In this document: piece after piece, positions 47,968 to 56,954 of the stretch
Numbering within the stretch: the stretch's first letter is position 1
Layout: each line of letters begins with the position of its first letter
Assembly (NCBI GenBank): GCA_036403515.1
Contig: DASWQV010000093.1
Coordinates: forward strand, 33,366 to 97,365
DNA from: Solirubrobacterales bacterium
GTDB taxonomy: Bacteria; Actinomycetota; Thermoleophilia; Solirubrobacterales; 70-9
DNA length: 64,000 bases
Direction of reading: 5' to 3'
Translations under genes and position numbers: made by a program
The notes under the pieces: model-generated
Databases searched by the model: none
Told to the model about the DNA's origin: nothing
Seen by the model: only the letters and a program-made list of their open reading frames with translations

Positions 47968-49509
47968 GTGTCGGGATACCTCCGCCGCCTAGCGACGACC
48001 GGCGCCGCCTACACGGCGGCGAGCATCGTCTCGAAGCTGATCGCCGTCGCGCTGCTGCCGCTCTACACGCGCTACCTGACCCCAGCGGACTACGGCGCCG
48101 CCGAGGTTATGTTCGCCGCGATCATCACCGCCAGCATCGTCGTCCGCCTCGGCACGATCGAGGCGCTGCTGCGCTTCTATTACAAGGACGGTGAGGACCC
48201 GGCCCGCGTCGTCGCCACCTCCTTCGCGGCCCTGTTCTGGCTCGCGACCGTCGCGACGCTGGTCTTGCTGCCCTTCGCGGAACCGATCTCCGAACTGCTG
48301 CTCAACCGCCCCGCCCCGGACCTGGGCAGAATCGCGATCGGCGGCCTCTGGGTCTCGACCATGTTCGAGTACCTGCTCACGCTCTTCCGCCTCGAGGAGC
48401 GCGCCCGCGCCTTCTTCGTGACGACGATGCTCAGCGTGCTCTCGGCGATCGGGCTGACCGTCGTGCTCGTGGTCGGGGCGGGGGAGGGCGCCCGCGGGCT
48501 GCTGCTCGGCAGCTACATCAGCGGCGCCGCCTTTGTCCTCGGCTTGATCTGGGTCCATCGCCGCCGCCTCTCGCTGCGCTTCGAACGACCTCTCCTGCGC
48601 CGCCTGATGCGCTTCGGCCTGCCGACGATGCCCGCCGAGCTCTCGCTCTACGGACTCAACTTCGTCGACCGGATCATCATCGTCCACGCGGCCGGCCTCC
48701 CTCAGGCGGGCCTCTACTCGCTCGGGGTCAAGTTCGCCCAAGGCGTCAACGTCCTCGTTCGGGGCTTCCAGCTCGCCTGGCCGCCACTCGCGTACTCGAT
48801 CCGCGATGACGGCGAGGCCCGCCGCACCTACGCCCTCGTGGTCACCCTCTTCGTCGCCGGCTGCTCCTTCGTCGTCACCGGCATGTGGCTGCTCTCGCGC
48901 TGGCTCGTCCGCGCCCTCGCCGCGCCCGAGTTCTTCGGCTCCTACAAGGTGATCGGACTGATCGCCACCGCGGTCACCCTCTACGCCCTCTACATGGTCC
49001 TCGTCGTGATCCTCGGCAGAACGGGCCGCACCGAGTTCAACTTCCCCGCCGCCGCCGCCGCCCTCGCCACCAACGTCGCCCTCAACCTCGCCCTCGTCCC
49101 CCCGCTCGGCATCGTCGGGGCCGGCATCGCCCTCGTCGCCTCCTACCTGGTCGTGCTCGCCTTGATGTACGGCTTCACCCAGCGCCTCTTCCCCCTTCCC
49201 TACGAATGGGGCCGCCTCGCCCGCGTGGTCGCGGTCAGCGCAGGAATTGTCGGCCTGGGAGAGCTTCTCCTGCCAACCGAGGGCTTTCTCGGCCTCCTAT
49301 CCCGCACGGCTCTCTGGCTCACCTACCCACTCGCCCTGCTCGCAACGGGCTTCTTCACCTCCGGCGAGCGCCGCTGGCTCGCCCGTCTGCGCCAACCAGG
49401 CGTCCTGACTGCCCAGCTGCGATCGCTGCGTCCAGCGGCAGCAGGCGTCGACGGGTCAGTCCCCGAGACCTACGAGGCAGAGCAAATGGACGAGGACGCG
49501 CGCCCGTGA
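47968..49509 (+). CDS. polysaccharide/oligosaccharide flippase (Wzx, MOP superfamily)
   Basis: About 14 TMs and the N-terminal SIVSKLIAVALLPLYTRYLTPADYG motif typical of Polysacc_synt proteins. GTG start. Confidence 0.8.
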   Translation: MSGYLRRLATTGAAYTAASIVSKLIAVALLPLYTRYLTPADYGAAEVMFAAIITASIVVRLGTIEALLRFYYKDGEDPARVVATSFAALFWLATVATLVLLPFAEPISELLLNRPAPDLGRIAIGGLWVSTMFEYLLTLFRLEERARAFFVTTMLSVLSAIGLTVVLVVGAGEGARGLLLGSYISGAAFVLGLIWVHRRRLSLRFERPLLRRLMRFGLPTMPAELSLYGLNFVDRIIIVHAAGLPQAGLYSLGVKFAQGVNVLVRGFQLAWPPLAYSIRDDGEARRTYALVVTLFVAGCSFVVTGMWLLSRWLVRALAAPEFFGSYKVIGLIATAVTLYALYMVLVVILGRTGRTEFNFPAAAAALATNVALNLALVPPLGIVGAGIALVASYLVVLALMYGFTQRLFPLPYEWGRLARVVAVSAGIVGLGELLLPTEGFLGLLSRTALWLTYPLALLATGFFTSGERRWLARLRQPGVLTAQLRSLRPAAAGVDGSVPETYEAEQMDEDARP

Positions 49510-49510
49510 C

Positions 49511-49622
49511 AGGACGATCCCGGTAGGGGTGGAACGTCTTGTACTTTTCGGCGCGCGCAACGGGCGGCAGCAGCCGCCGCCGCACCGAAAAAGTTAAGTG
49601 GAACCCCTACCGGGATCGTCCT
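49511..49622. repeat. Family-A palindromic interspersed element, copy A4
   Basis: AGGACGATCCCGGTAGGGG-TGGAACGTCTTGTAC-TTTTCGG ... CCGAAAAA-GTTAAGTGGAAC-CCCTACCGGGATCGTCCT. The 19-bp outer arms are perfect. It sits between convergent genes and supplies the GT2 stop region. Confidence 0.9.
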
Positions 49623-50544
49623 GCGCCCCGACCCGGTCCCGAATACTTTCGCCCCGCCTCGGAAAGAGCGCTTGCCGGGCGTGAGCCCGGTAGACCTTCG
49701 CGGGCTGGCCGGGGAGGACCGCCGCCGCCAGAGCGCGCACGGCGTAGGACCAGGCAGTGAGTAGCCGCACCAGCAGCGCTGCGGTCCGGCCGTGGTGCTT
49801 GCGCATGTAGAGGTCGCGGTTGCGGTGGAATTCGACGATCCGAGGCAGCCCCTCGGCCAGGTCGGTGGAGAGCTGGTCATGGTGGGTCGCCGCGGCCGCG
49901 GGGACGAAAAGGCCGTGCCAGCCGGCCTCAGCGAGGCGCTTGGCGAAGTCGCACTCGTCGTAGTAGACGAAGAACTCGGGGTCCATGTAGCTGACTTCGG
50001 TGGCGGCCTCGCGGCGGACCAAGAGGGCGCTCGACTGCGCCCAGTCGACCTGCCGGGTGGCCGGTCCCCTGCTCTGCACGGTCAGCCAACGGTGCAGGAA
50101 GAGCGCGCCCGCCAGGGCGGCGCCGACGCCGGGAAAGCGCCAGGCGCAGGCCACCGGAGCGCCGCTGGAATCGAGCAGCCGGGGCGTCGCCACGGCGGCC
50201 CTGGGGTCTGCGTCAAGCGCCTCGACCAGCGCCCCCGCAGCCCCCGGCCGCAGCTCCGAGTCCTCGTTGAGCAGCAGGCAGTAACGGCCGCTCGCCTCGC
50301 GCATCAGGGTCGAGTCGTTCTCCGCCTTTCCCGTCCGGCGCTCGAGCGCGATCAGGCGAATCTCGCCGCCGAGATCGCGCACCGCCTCGGCGGAGCCGTC
50401 GGTTGAGGCGTTGTCCACGACGAGGATCTCCCGCTCGATCCGCTCCGGGTGGGTGCGCTCAATCGCCGCAAGGCAAGCGAGTAGATACTCGCGGCCATTC
50501 GTGTTCACAACGCAGTAGGAGAGCGTGGGCGCCACCGGGGTCAC
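49594..50544 (-). CDS. glycosyltransferase family 2
   Basis: SYCVVNTNGREYL..., VVDNASTDGS and LNEDSE (DxD-like). The last ~9 codons and the stop lie in repeat A4. Confidence 0.85.
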   Translation of the reverse strand: MTPVAPTLSYCVVNTNGREYLLACLAAIERTHPERIEREILVVDNASTDGSAEAVRDLGGEIRLIALERRTGKAENDSTLMREASGRYCLLLNEDSELRPGAAGALVEALDADPRAAVATPRLLDSSGAPVACAWRFPGVGAALAGALFLHRWLTVQSRGPATRQVDWAQSSALLVRREAATEVSYMDPEFFVYYDECDFAKRLAEAGWHGLFVPAAAATHHDQLSTDLAEGLPRIVEFHRNRDLYMRKHHGRTAALLVRLLTAWSYAVRALAAAVLPGQPAKVYRAHARQALFPRRGESIRDRVGAQDDPGRGST

Positions 50545-50557
50545 GATAATCGCGCGA

Positions 50558-51673
50558 ATGAAGGTTCAGCTCGTCGACCCTTCGGCTTTCACGCCACCCT
50601 ATGACCGCGCGCTCGCCGCGGCGCTCGCGCGCGGCGGGGCCGAGGTCGAGCTGCTGACCAGTCGCTTCCTCTATGGCCGGGCGCCGGAGCCGCGGGGCTA
50701 TCGAGTCCGCGAGGTCTTCTACCGCCGCAGCGCTGAGCGCGGCCTCGACGCTTCCGGTCGCCGCCTCGTCAAGGCCGCCGAGCACCTGCCCGACATGCTG
50801 CGGCTGCGCCGCGAGGTCGACGCCGACGTCGTCCACTACCAGTGGTTGACCATGCCGGCCGTCGATGCGCGGTTGCTGCCATCCCGGCGCCCTCGGGTGA
50901 TGACCGCGCACTATGTCCTGCCCCCAGGGCCCAGCCGCCGACAACTATCCACCGCCCGCCGCCTTTTCGGCGGCATGGACGCCGTCGTCGCTCACTCCCA
51001 GCACGGCGCCTCCAGGCTGCGCGACGAGGTCGGCCTCGACCCGTCGCGAGTCCGGGTGATCCCCCACGGCGCCTTCGACTACTTCACCGACCTGGCCGGG
51101 GAGCGCCCCCTGCCGGCCGAGCTCGAGGGCGCCGAGGGACCGGTGATCCTCTTCTTTGGACTGCTGCGCCCATACAAGGGCATCGACACGTTGCTGCAGG
51201 CCTTCCGCGAGGTCAGCGGCGCCGAGCTGTGGATCGTCGGCAATCCCCGCATGGACATCGAGCCGTTGCGCCGCCTCGCCGCCGAGGCGCCCGGTCGGGT
51301 CCGCTTCGTCACCCGCTTCGTCGAGGACGCCGAGGTGCCGGCGATCTTCCGCCGCGCCGATCTCGTCGTCCTTCCCTACCGCGACGCCGAGCAGTCCGGC
51401 GTCCTCTACACCGGCCTCGCCTTCGGCAAGCCGCTCGTGCTCAGCTCGGTTGGCGGCTTCCCCGAGGTGGCCGCCACCGGCGCCGCCCGGCTCGTCGCTC
51501 CCGATGACCCCGCTGCGCTCGCCGCCGCCCTCGGCGAGCTGACCGGGGACGCGGAGGCCCGTGATCGACTTGGCCAGGCCGCCCGCCAGGCCGCCGCCGG
51601 CCCATATTCGTGGGACGCAATCGCCTCGCAAACTCTCTCTCTCTACAAAGAGCTGATCGAGGCCCGCCGATGA
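50558..51673 (+). CDS. glycosyltransferase family 4 (GT-B)
   Basis: The C-terminal E..G....EA..G.P motif region (AEQSGVLYTGLAFGKPLVLSSVGGFPEV). Start at internal ATG (MKVQLVDP). Confidence 0.85.
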   Translation: MKVQLVDPSAFTPPYDRALAAALARGGAEVELLTSRFLYGRAPEPRGYRVREVFYRRSAERGLDASGRRLVKAAEHLPDMLRLRREVDADVVHYQWLTMPAVDARLLPSRRPRVMTAHYVLPPGPSRRQLSTARRLFGGMDAVVAHSQHGASRLRDEVGLDPSRVRVIPHGAFDYFTDLAGERPLPAELEGAEGPVILFFGLLRPYKGIDTLLQAFREVSGAELWIVGNPRMDIEPLRRLAAEAPGRVRFVTRFVEDAEVPAIFRRADLVVLPYRDAEQSGVLYTGLAFGKPLVLSSVGGFPEVAATGAARLVAPDDPAALAAALGELTGDAEARDRLGQAARQAAAGPYSWDAIASQTLSLYKELIEARR

Positions 51674-52800
51674 CCGCCGTCGCAACCGCCTTCTGGCTCA
51701 GTGCCGCGCTGATCGTCTACACGCACCTCGGCTACCCGCTCGTCCTCCGCCTTCTGCTCGCCCAGCGCCGCCGGCCCATCCGAAGCCCGCACGGCTGGGA
51801 CGAGCTGCCGCGGGTCTCCCTGATCGTCGCCGCTTACGACGAGGAGGAGGTGATCGAGGCGAAGCTCGCCAACGCGCTGGCGCTCGACTACCCGCGCGAG
51901 CGGCTCGAGCTGATCGTCGCCTCCGACGGCTCCGCCGACGCCACCGCCGAGCGCGCCCGCGCGGCCGGCGCCGACATCGTCCTGGAGCTGCCGCGGGGCG
52001 GCAAGATCGCCGCTCAGAACGCCGCCGCCGAGGCAGCCTCGGGCGAGATCCTCGCTTTCTCCGACGCCAACAGCGCCTGGCGCCCCGACGCGCTGCGCCG
52101 CTTGGTCGAGCCCTTCGCCGAGGACAGGGTCGGCTACGCCTGCGGCCAGGTCCGCTTCCTCGACCCCGGCGGCGACAACGTCGAGGGCGCCTACTGGCGC
52201 TACGAGATGAAGCTGCGCGAGATGGAGTCGGCGCTTGCCGGGGTCACCGCCGGCAACGGCGCGATCTACGCCGTGCGCGCCACCGCCTACCTGCCGTTGG
52301 CGCCTTCTGGCAGCCACGACCTCTCCTTTCCCTTCCGCCTCGCCAAGCGCAAGCTGCGTTCGCTCTACGTCCCGGCCGCCCGCGCCGAGGAGAAGATGGT
52401 GCCGACGCTGCAGGGCGAGCTCGCCCGCAAGCGGCGGATGATGATCGGCATCTGGGACATCGTCGTCGGCGAACGGATGATCTCGCCGCGCGGCTACACC
52501 CCCCTTTACGCCCTCGAGCTTCTCTCGCACCGCCTGCTGCGCTACCTCACTCCATTCCTCCACATAATCGTTTTCCTCGCCAATCTCGCCCTGCTCGGCC
52601 AAGGTGGTCTCTATATCGCCACCTATGGCCTTCAGCTGGCGCTGATCGCGGCCGCGATCCTCGGCGGCCAATTCAGCTTCGGCCCCTTGCGGATCGCTCG
52701 CTACTACGCGATGACCACGCTCTCGATCGCCGCCGGCCTCTGGGATCGCCTTCGCCACGGCCCCCCGGCGGCCTGGGAGAAGGCCCCGGGAACGCGGTGA
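51670..52800 (+). CDS. membrane glycosyltransferase family 2 (processive synthase-like)
   Basis: N-terminal TM, VSLIVAAYDEEEVI, SDGSADAT, FSDANS and C-terminal TMs. ATGA overlap with the upstream GT4 stop. Confidence 0.85.
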   Translation: MTAVATAFWLSAALIVYTHLGYPLVLRLLLAQRRRPIRSPHGWDELPRVSLIVAAYDEEEVIEAKLANALALDYPRERLELIVASDGSADATAERARAAGADIVLELPRGGKIAAQNAAAEAASGEILAFSDANSAWRPDALRRLVEPFAEDRVGYACGQVRFLDPGGDNVEGAYWRYEMKLREMESALAGVTAGNGAIYAVRATAYLPLAPSGSHDLSFPFRLAKRKLRSLYVPAARAEEKMVPTLQGELARKRRMMIGIWDIVVGERMISPRGYTPLYALELLSHRLLRYLTPFLHIIVFLANLALLGQGGLYIATYGLQLALIAAAILGGQFSFGPLRIARYYAMTTLSIAAGLWDRLRHGPPAAWEKAPGTR

Positions 52801-52809
52801 GCTGAGCTG

Positions 52810-53373
52810 ATGCCTCGAATCTTCGACCTCCTCATCGCTGCGCTTGCTCTCGTCGTCCTCTCGCCTCTTCTGGCGCTGGCGGTGCTCGCGATCAAGCTGG
52901 GAAGCCGCGGCCCGGTGATCTACCGGCAGCGCCGAGTCGGTCGGGGGGGCGAGGAGTTCGAGATGCTGAAGTTGCGGACGATGGTCGCTGGCTCCGATCC
53001 GATCGGCGTCGGCACCGTCGTCACCCGCGACGACCCCCGCGTCACTCGCGCGGGTCGCATCCTGCGCCGAACCTCGCTCGACGAGATTCCCAACCTGGTC
53101 AACGTCCTGCGTGGCGAGATGGCAATCGTCGGTCCCCGACCGACCATTCCGGCGCAGGTCGTCGCCTACACTCTCCGCCAGCGCCACCGCCACGACGTCC
53201 GCCCTGGGATCACCGGCTGGGCGCAGGTGCAGGGCCGAGCCGGTATCCCCTGGGAGGAGCGGATCGAGCTCGACCTCTGGTATGTCGAGCACCGCAGCGC
53301 CGCGCTCGACGCCCGCATCCTGCTCAAAACTCTCTGGCTGCTCATAACCGGCCACGGCCTTGCCCCGGACTGA
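52810..53373 (+). CDS. small monotopic phosphoglycosyl (sugar) transferase, priming enzyme
   Basis: SPLLALAVLAIKLGSRGPVIYRQRRVG..G..F...KLRTM and DEIPNLVNVLRGEMAIVGPRP. Confidence 0.9.
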   Translation: MPRIFDLLIAALALVVLSPLLALAVLAIKLGSRGPVIYRQRRVGRGGEEFEMLKLRTMVAGSDPIGVGTVVTRDDPRVTRAGRILRRTSLDEIPNLVNVLRGEMAIVGPRPTIPAQVVAYTLRQRHRHDVRPGITGWAQVQGRAGIPWEERIELDLWYVEHRSAALDARILLKTLWLLITGHGLAPD

Positions 53374-53411
53374 CGGGAGTCAGACCGAATGGCTGCCTAG
53401 CCTGGTGTCCC

Positions 53412-54242
53412 GTGGACTGGGTCAAGGAAATAGGGGGATCCGGAGGAGCCGACGGAGGATGGCGTAACGATCTTCCGCTCAGCCATGATCTTCCCGACAA
53501 GCTCGTGGTCGACTGTCGGCAACTCGCTCTACCCATCCATCCCATGTTCGCGGTGAGGCTCCGAGTCTTCATCGAGTGGCATCGGCACGAAGGGCGCACC
53601 GTTGAGGTCATTCCTCCAGTCAGCCTGGACGCCCGACGCGTCGTGCAGGCAATGCAGATCGACCCAACCGCAATGGCTTACGACGGTGACGACGATGCAG
53701 TCCTGCCAGTGACCCGCCTGGACAACGACACCATGGCGGAGGAGGCAGCTCGACGCACAAAAGAGATACTCGAGTACCAGCTAACCGATGTCTCTGGTCT
53801 GGGCGAGGCTGCATTTACGGCCGTCGCCGAGCTCTGCGACAACGCGCTCGATCATGGGCGGAACGCGCTGGGGGCGTACGTTGCAGTGCGCCGCGTCACC
53901 GAGCCGCGGCGGCAGGTCTCAATCGCAATCAGCGATTTGGGGATCGGCATTCCCGAGCATATTCGCCAGCGATATCCAGAGTGGAGCGATGACGGCTACG
54001 CCATCGCACACGCTCTGGAGCCGCATGTGACCGGAACTGGACATCCGCATCGAGGGATCGGCTTCTCCGATGTCTTCGAAGCCGCTCTGACCAAATCACT
54101 GCATGCAGCGAGGATGGACATCCATTCCGCAAACGGCTTCTATCGACTTCAGGTGGTTCAAGAACAGCGTAAGCCGGAGGCATTTCCCGCTGCACGTTTT
54201 CGCCGGGGTACCTGGATTGCCTACGACCTGATCTCGGTCTGA
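53412..54242 (+). CDS. GHKL-type (HATPase_c) ATP-binding protein with N-terminal STAS-like region, no DHp/receiver
   Basis: N box AELCDNALDHG, G1 ISDLGIGIP and G2-like HRGIGF. The N-terminal LVVDCRQLALPIHPMFAVRLRVFIEW...VEV resembles a STAS docking fold. GTG start is uncertain. Confidence 0.65.
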   Translation: MDWVKEIGGSGGADGGWRNDLPLSHDLPDKLVVDCRQLALPIHPMFAVRLRVFIEWHRHEGRTVEVIPPVSLDARRVVQAMQIDPTAMAYDGDDDAVLPVTRLDNDTMAEEAARRTKEILEYQLTDVSGLGEAAFTAVAELCDNALDHGRNALGAYVAVRRVTEPRRQVSIAISDLGIGIPEHIRQRYPEWSDDGYAIAHALEPHVTGTGHPHRGIGFSDVFEAALTKSLHAARMDIHSANGFYRLQVVQEQRKPEAFPAARFRRGTWIAYDLISV

Positions 54243-54298
54243 CTGGTCGCCGCACGGTCAACTACCATCGGTAAATCCCCAGCGGAAGGAGGTAGCGA

Positions 54299-54601
54299 AT
54301 GCCGTACTGCTATGCGCTTGCGCAGCATGGGACGACTCTGGCGACGCGACCTTTCGGAAAGAGGTTGCGCGCCGAGGTCGTTAAAGAGGCGGAAGGCCGA
54401 GAGCTCGTCGAGCTGGATTTTTCAGGAATTCTGAGCGCTAGCCACTCGTTTGCAGATGAGTTCGTCGCCCAACTCGCCGAAGATTCCAAGAATGGGATCG
54501 TCCATTTCGGAGTTGCCGTATCTGGTGCCGCACCCAACGTTGAGTCTCGACTCGCAAAGGCTCTAGAGCTTCGCGACGTCCGGCTGGTCGAGCTGGCTTA
54601 A
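54299..54601 (+). CDS. STAS-like (DUF4325-type) small protein
   Basis: 100 aa. ELVELDFSGILSASHSFADEFVAQL matches the DUF4325/STAS-like pattern. GGAGG Shine-Dalgarno upstream of the ATG. Confidence 0.6.
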   Translation: MPYCYALAQHGTTLATRPFGKRLRAEVVKEAEGRELVELDFSGILSASHSFADEFVAQLAEDSKNGIVHFGVAVSGAAPNVESRLAKALELRDVRLVELA

Positions 54602-54644
54602 GCGACGCAGCAGCTTGCGGGTCGTTCCTGGCTAGGGTTTCAGC

Positions 54645-55193
54645 ATGAGCGACCTTCCTCGAGTGTCCTTGCGCCCGTTTGAACTGGGCGATGCCGCCGC
54701 CGTGCACCGCTGGTTCAACAACCCGGCGGCGACCGCTTCGCTAATGGAGCAGCGGGACGGGTTCTCGCTTGCCGAGGCGGAGGCCTGGGTGGGGCGGGCG
54801 ATGGACGATTCGGGCGAGGACCGCAAGTACGCGATCGTGGTCGAGGGCTATGCGGAGCCGGTCGGCTTCACCGCTCTCTACGGACTCTTTCGCCAGACTG
54901 CACCCGAGCTCGGCGCGCTGATCGGCGACGACGTGCGCGGCAAGGGCGTCGGGCGGCGGGCGGAGGCGCTGACGATCGCCAAGGCCTTCGGCGAGTTCGG
55001 GGCCCACCGCGTCTACGGGCGGATTCCGGCCCGCAACGAGATAGCCAAGAAGACCGTCGCCAGCCTTGGCTGGAAGCACGAGGGAACGATGCGTGCCCAC
55101 CTGCGCCGCGCCGGCGAGCCGGCCGACGATTGCGAGGTCTGGGGCGTTCTTCCCGACGAGTTTCGCGCCGCGGCTGCCGACCTCCTCTCGTGA
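54645..55193 (+). CDS. GNAT family N-acetyltransferase (RimJ/RimL-like)
   Basis: LRPFELGDA..., the acetyl-CoA loop RGKGVGRRA and a conserved N..A......GW.HEG tail. Confidence 0.85.
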   Translation: MSDLPRVSLRPFELGDAAAVHRWFNNPAATASLMEQRDGFSLAEAEAWVGRAMDDSGEDRKYAIVVEGYAEPVGFTALYGLFRQTAPELGALIGDDVRGKGVGRRAEALTIAKAFGEFGAHRVYGRIPARNEIAKKTVASLGWKHEGTMRAHLRRAGEPADDCEVWGVLPDEFRAAAADLLS

Positions 55194-56161
55194 GCGACCC
55201 GCTCGCCACGGCCGAGTTGATCGAAGACCGCGGTCAGGCAGCGGTCAGCGACGAGTTCTTCCGCTCGCGCCCGTTCTTCGATGCCGAAGGCGTCACTCAC
55301 ACCCTCCGCATGGCGACTGACGGGGGGGAGCTGCGCGCGCCCGTGATCCTCAAGGAGATCCCCCCTTCGCCGGGACCAGATGCAGATCCTCGTCCCGTCG
55401 GCCCTGAGCTCGACGCGATATCGCCCTATGGGTATCCGGGAGTCGTGGCGCCCGCCGGGGTCTCAGCCGACCCGGCGACCGTCGATTTTTCCACGACCGG
55501 GCTCGTCACGGTCTTCATCCGCCACACCCTCGGCGCCCCTCCGCTCAGCGGCGCCAGCGAGCGCAACGTGGTCCAGATCGCCGACCCCGAGCTGCCGCCA
55601 AAGAGCCGGCCCAGCGATCGCAACCAGATCAACAAGAACCTGCGCCGTGGCTATGAGGTGCAGCTGCTCTCAGGCCCCGAGACGACCGCAAGCCAGCGTG
55701 CCGGCTTTTCCACCGCCTACGAGGAGACGATGCGCCGCACCGGCGCAAGCGAGCGCTATTTCTTTGCGGCCGCGTACTTCGATCGCCTCCTCCAATCGAG
55801 CCAGGCTTGGCTCGCCCTCGCCCGAGCTCCTAACGGCGAGATCGCCGCGGCCTCGATCGCGGTTCGCAGCGATGGTTACCTCCACTACTACCTGAGCGGC
55901 AGCACCGACTCCCACCTGCGCGACTCGCCGATGAAGAACGTCGTCGCCTCGCTGATCGAGCTCTCCGCCGAGCAGGGCCTGCCGCTCAACCTCGGCGGCG
56001 GGATTTCCCCCGGTGACCGGCTGGAGGAGTTCAAGCGCGGCTTCGCCAACCGGGAGCTGCCCTGGTCCACGTCGGAGATCGTCTGCGACCGCGAGGCTTA
56101 CGCCCGTCTCACCGCAGGCCGCGTGGTCGACGGCTTTTTCCCCGCTTACCGAGCTAGTTGA
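55190..56161 (+). CDS. FemAB-like / Acetyltransf_6 GNAT-fold protein
   Basis: The GTG start overlaps the GNAT stop (GTGA). ...GYLHYYLSGSTD..., and EEFKRGF resemble FemABX/CelD-like acyl- or aminoacyl-transferases. Confidence 0.5.
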   Translation: MSDPLATAELIEDRGQAAVSDEFFRSRPFFDAEGVTHTLRMATDGGELRAPVILKEIPPSPGPDADPRPVGPELDAISPYGYPGVVAPAGVSADPATVDFSTTGLVTVFIRHTLGAPPLSGASERNVVQIADPELPPKSRPSDRNQINKNLRRGYEVQLLSGPETTASQRAGFSTAYEETMRRTGASERYFFAAAYFDRLLQSSQAWLALARAPNGEIAAASIAVRSDGYLHYYLSGSTDSHLRDSPMKNVVASLIELSAEQGLPLNLGGGISPGDRLEEFKRGFANRELPWSTSEIVCDREAYARLTAGRVVDGFFPAYRAS

Positions 56162-56936
56162 TCGTCGGTTCTTCCGGCGTCGGGCCGGTGAAGGAGAAAC
56201 CGGCGACCGGCTCGCGCCCGTGGCCCCAGGTCTTGGCGCCGAAGGCACGGATCGCATCGAGGGTGATCGCGCCCTTGTATTCGTTGCAGCCGATCAGGTT
56301 GTGCCAGGTCGTGGCGGCGACTTCATACGGCATGTTTTCGTTCGGGAAGAGCAGGGTCGCCCCGTACATCGTGTCGTAGAGACCGATCAGTTCCAGCTGG
56401 GCGCTTTCGGAGAGGCTGGGGCTGTATTGGATCTCCAGCCGGCCGTGCTCCATCGAGTGAACGAAGTCAATTTCCTGTGGCATTTCCTTGTAGGCGCCGT
56501 CAGCCTGCTGATAGGGAGGTTCGACGTGGTTGCCGGAGGTCGGCGGATTGGTTTTGTATTCAGGCGTTGGCGCGGTCGGCGGGATGTGGTTGTGGCCCTC
56601 TTCGGGAAGTTTGAGCCGCAGGTCGCAGTCCGCCTTCTTGGCCGCCTCTTCCAAATTGGTCACCTTCGGCGCCGGCGGCGTGGTTCCAGAGCGTTCGTCG
56701 GGTTGGACGCCGTTGGTCGAGCCCGACGCCTGGTTGATGTGGGCTTCGCCGCTGTCGTTCTTGTCGGCGGCAGAGACGACGATCGCCACGATGCCGGCGA
56801 GTACAGCGAGGCCGACGAGACCGGCCACGCCGTAGCCAATCATCAAGCGCCGCCGCTCGGACCCCGACTGTTTGCTCTCGCGCTCCTGCCGGGCCTGGCG
56901 GAGTCGCTCCCTCTCTTCCTCCCTGCGGTTAGCCAT
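56154..56936 (-). CDS. DUF3105 domain-containing membrane-anchored protein
   Basis: N-terminal TM, then YKTNPPTSGNH...VHSMEHG, typical of DUF3105. Confidence 0.8.
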   Translation of the reverse strand: MANRREEERERLRQARQERESKQSGSERRRLMIGYGVAGLVGLAVLAGIVAIVVSAADKNDSGEAHINQASGSTNGVQPDERSGTTPPAPKVTNLEEAAKKADCDLRLKLPEEGHNHIPPTAPTPEYKTNPPTSGNHVEPPYQQADGAYKEMPQEIDFVHSMEHGRLEIQYSPSLSESAQLELIGLYDTMYGATLLFPNENMPYEVAATTWHNLIGCNEYKGAITLDAIRAFGAKTWGHGREPVAGFSFTGPTPEEPTIN

Positions 56937-56954
56937 GAGGCCGCGCCATTTTAC

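Noticed and set aside
51643-53355. 570-aa minus-strand ORF. Similar long antisense ORFs occur at 19224-20855, 21765-23444 and 20988-21704.
   Set aside because: They lie antisense to GT2/sugar-transferase genes and to gyrB/gyrA respectively. No motifs, so these are high-GC artefacts.
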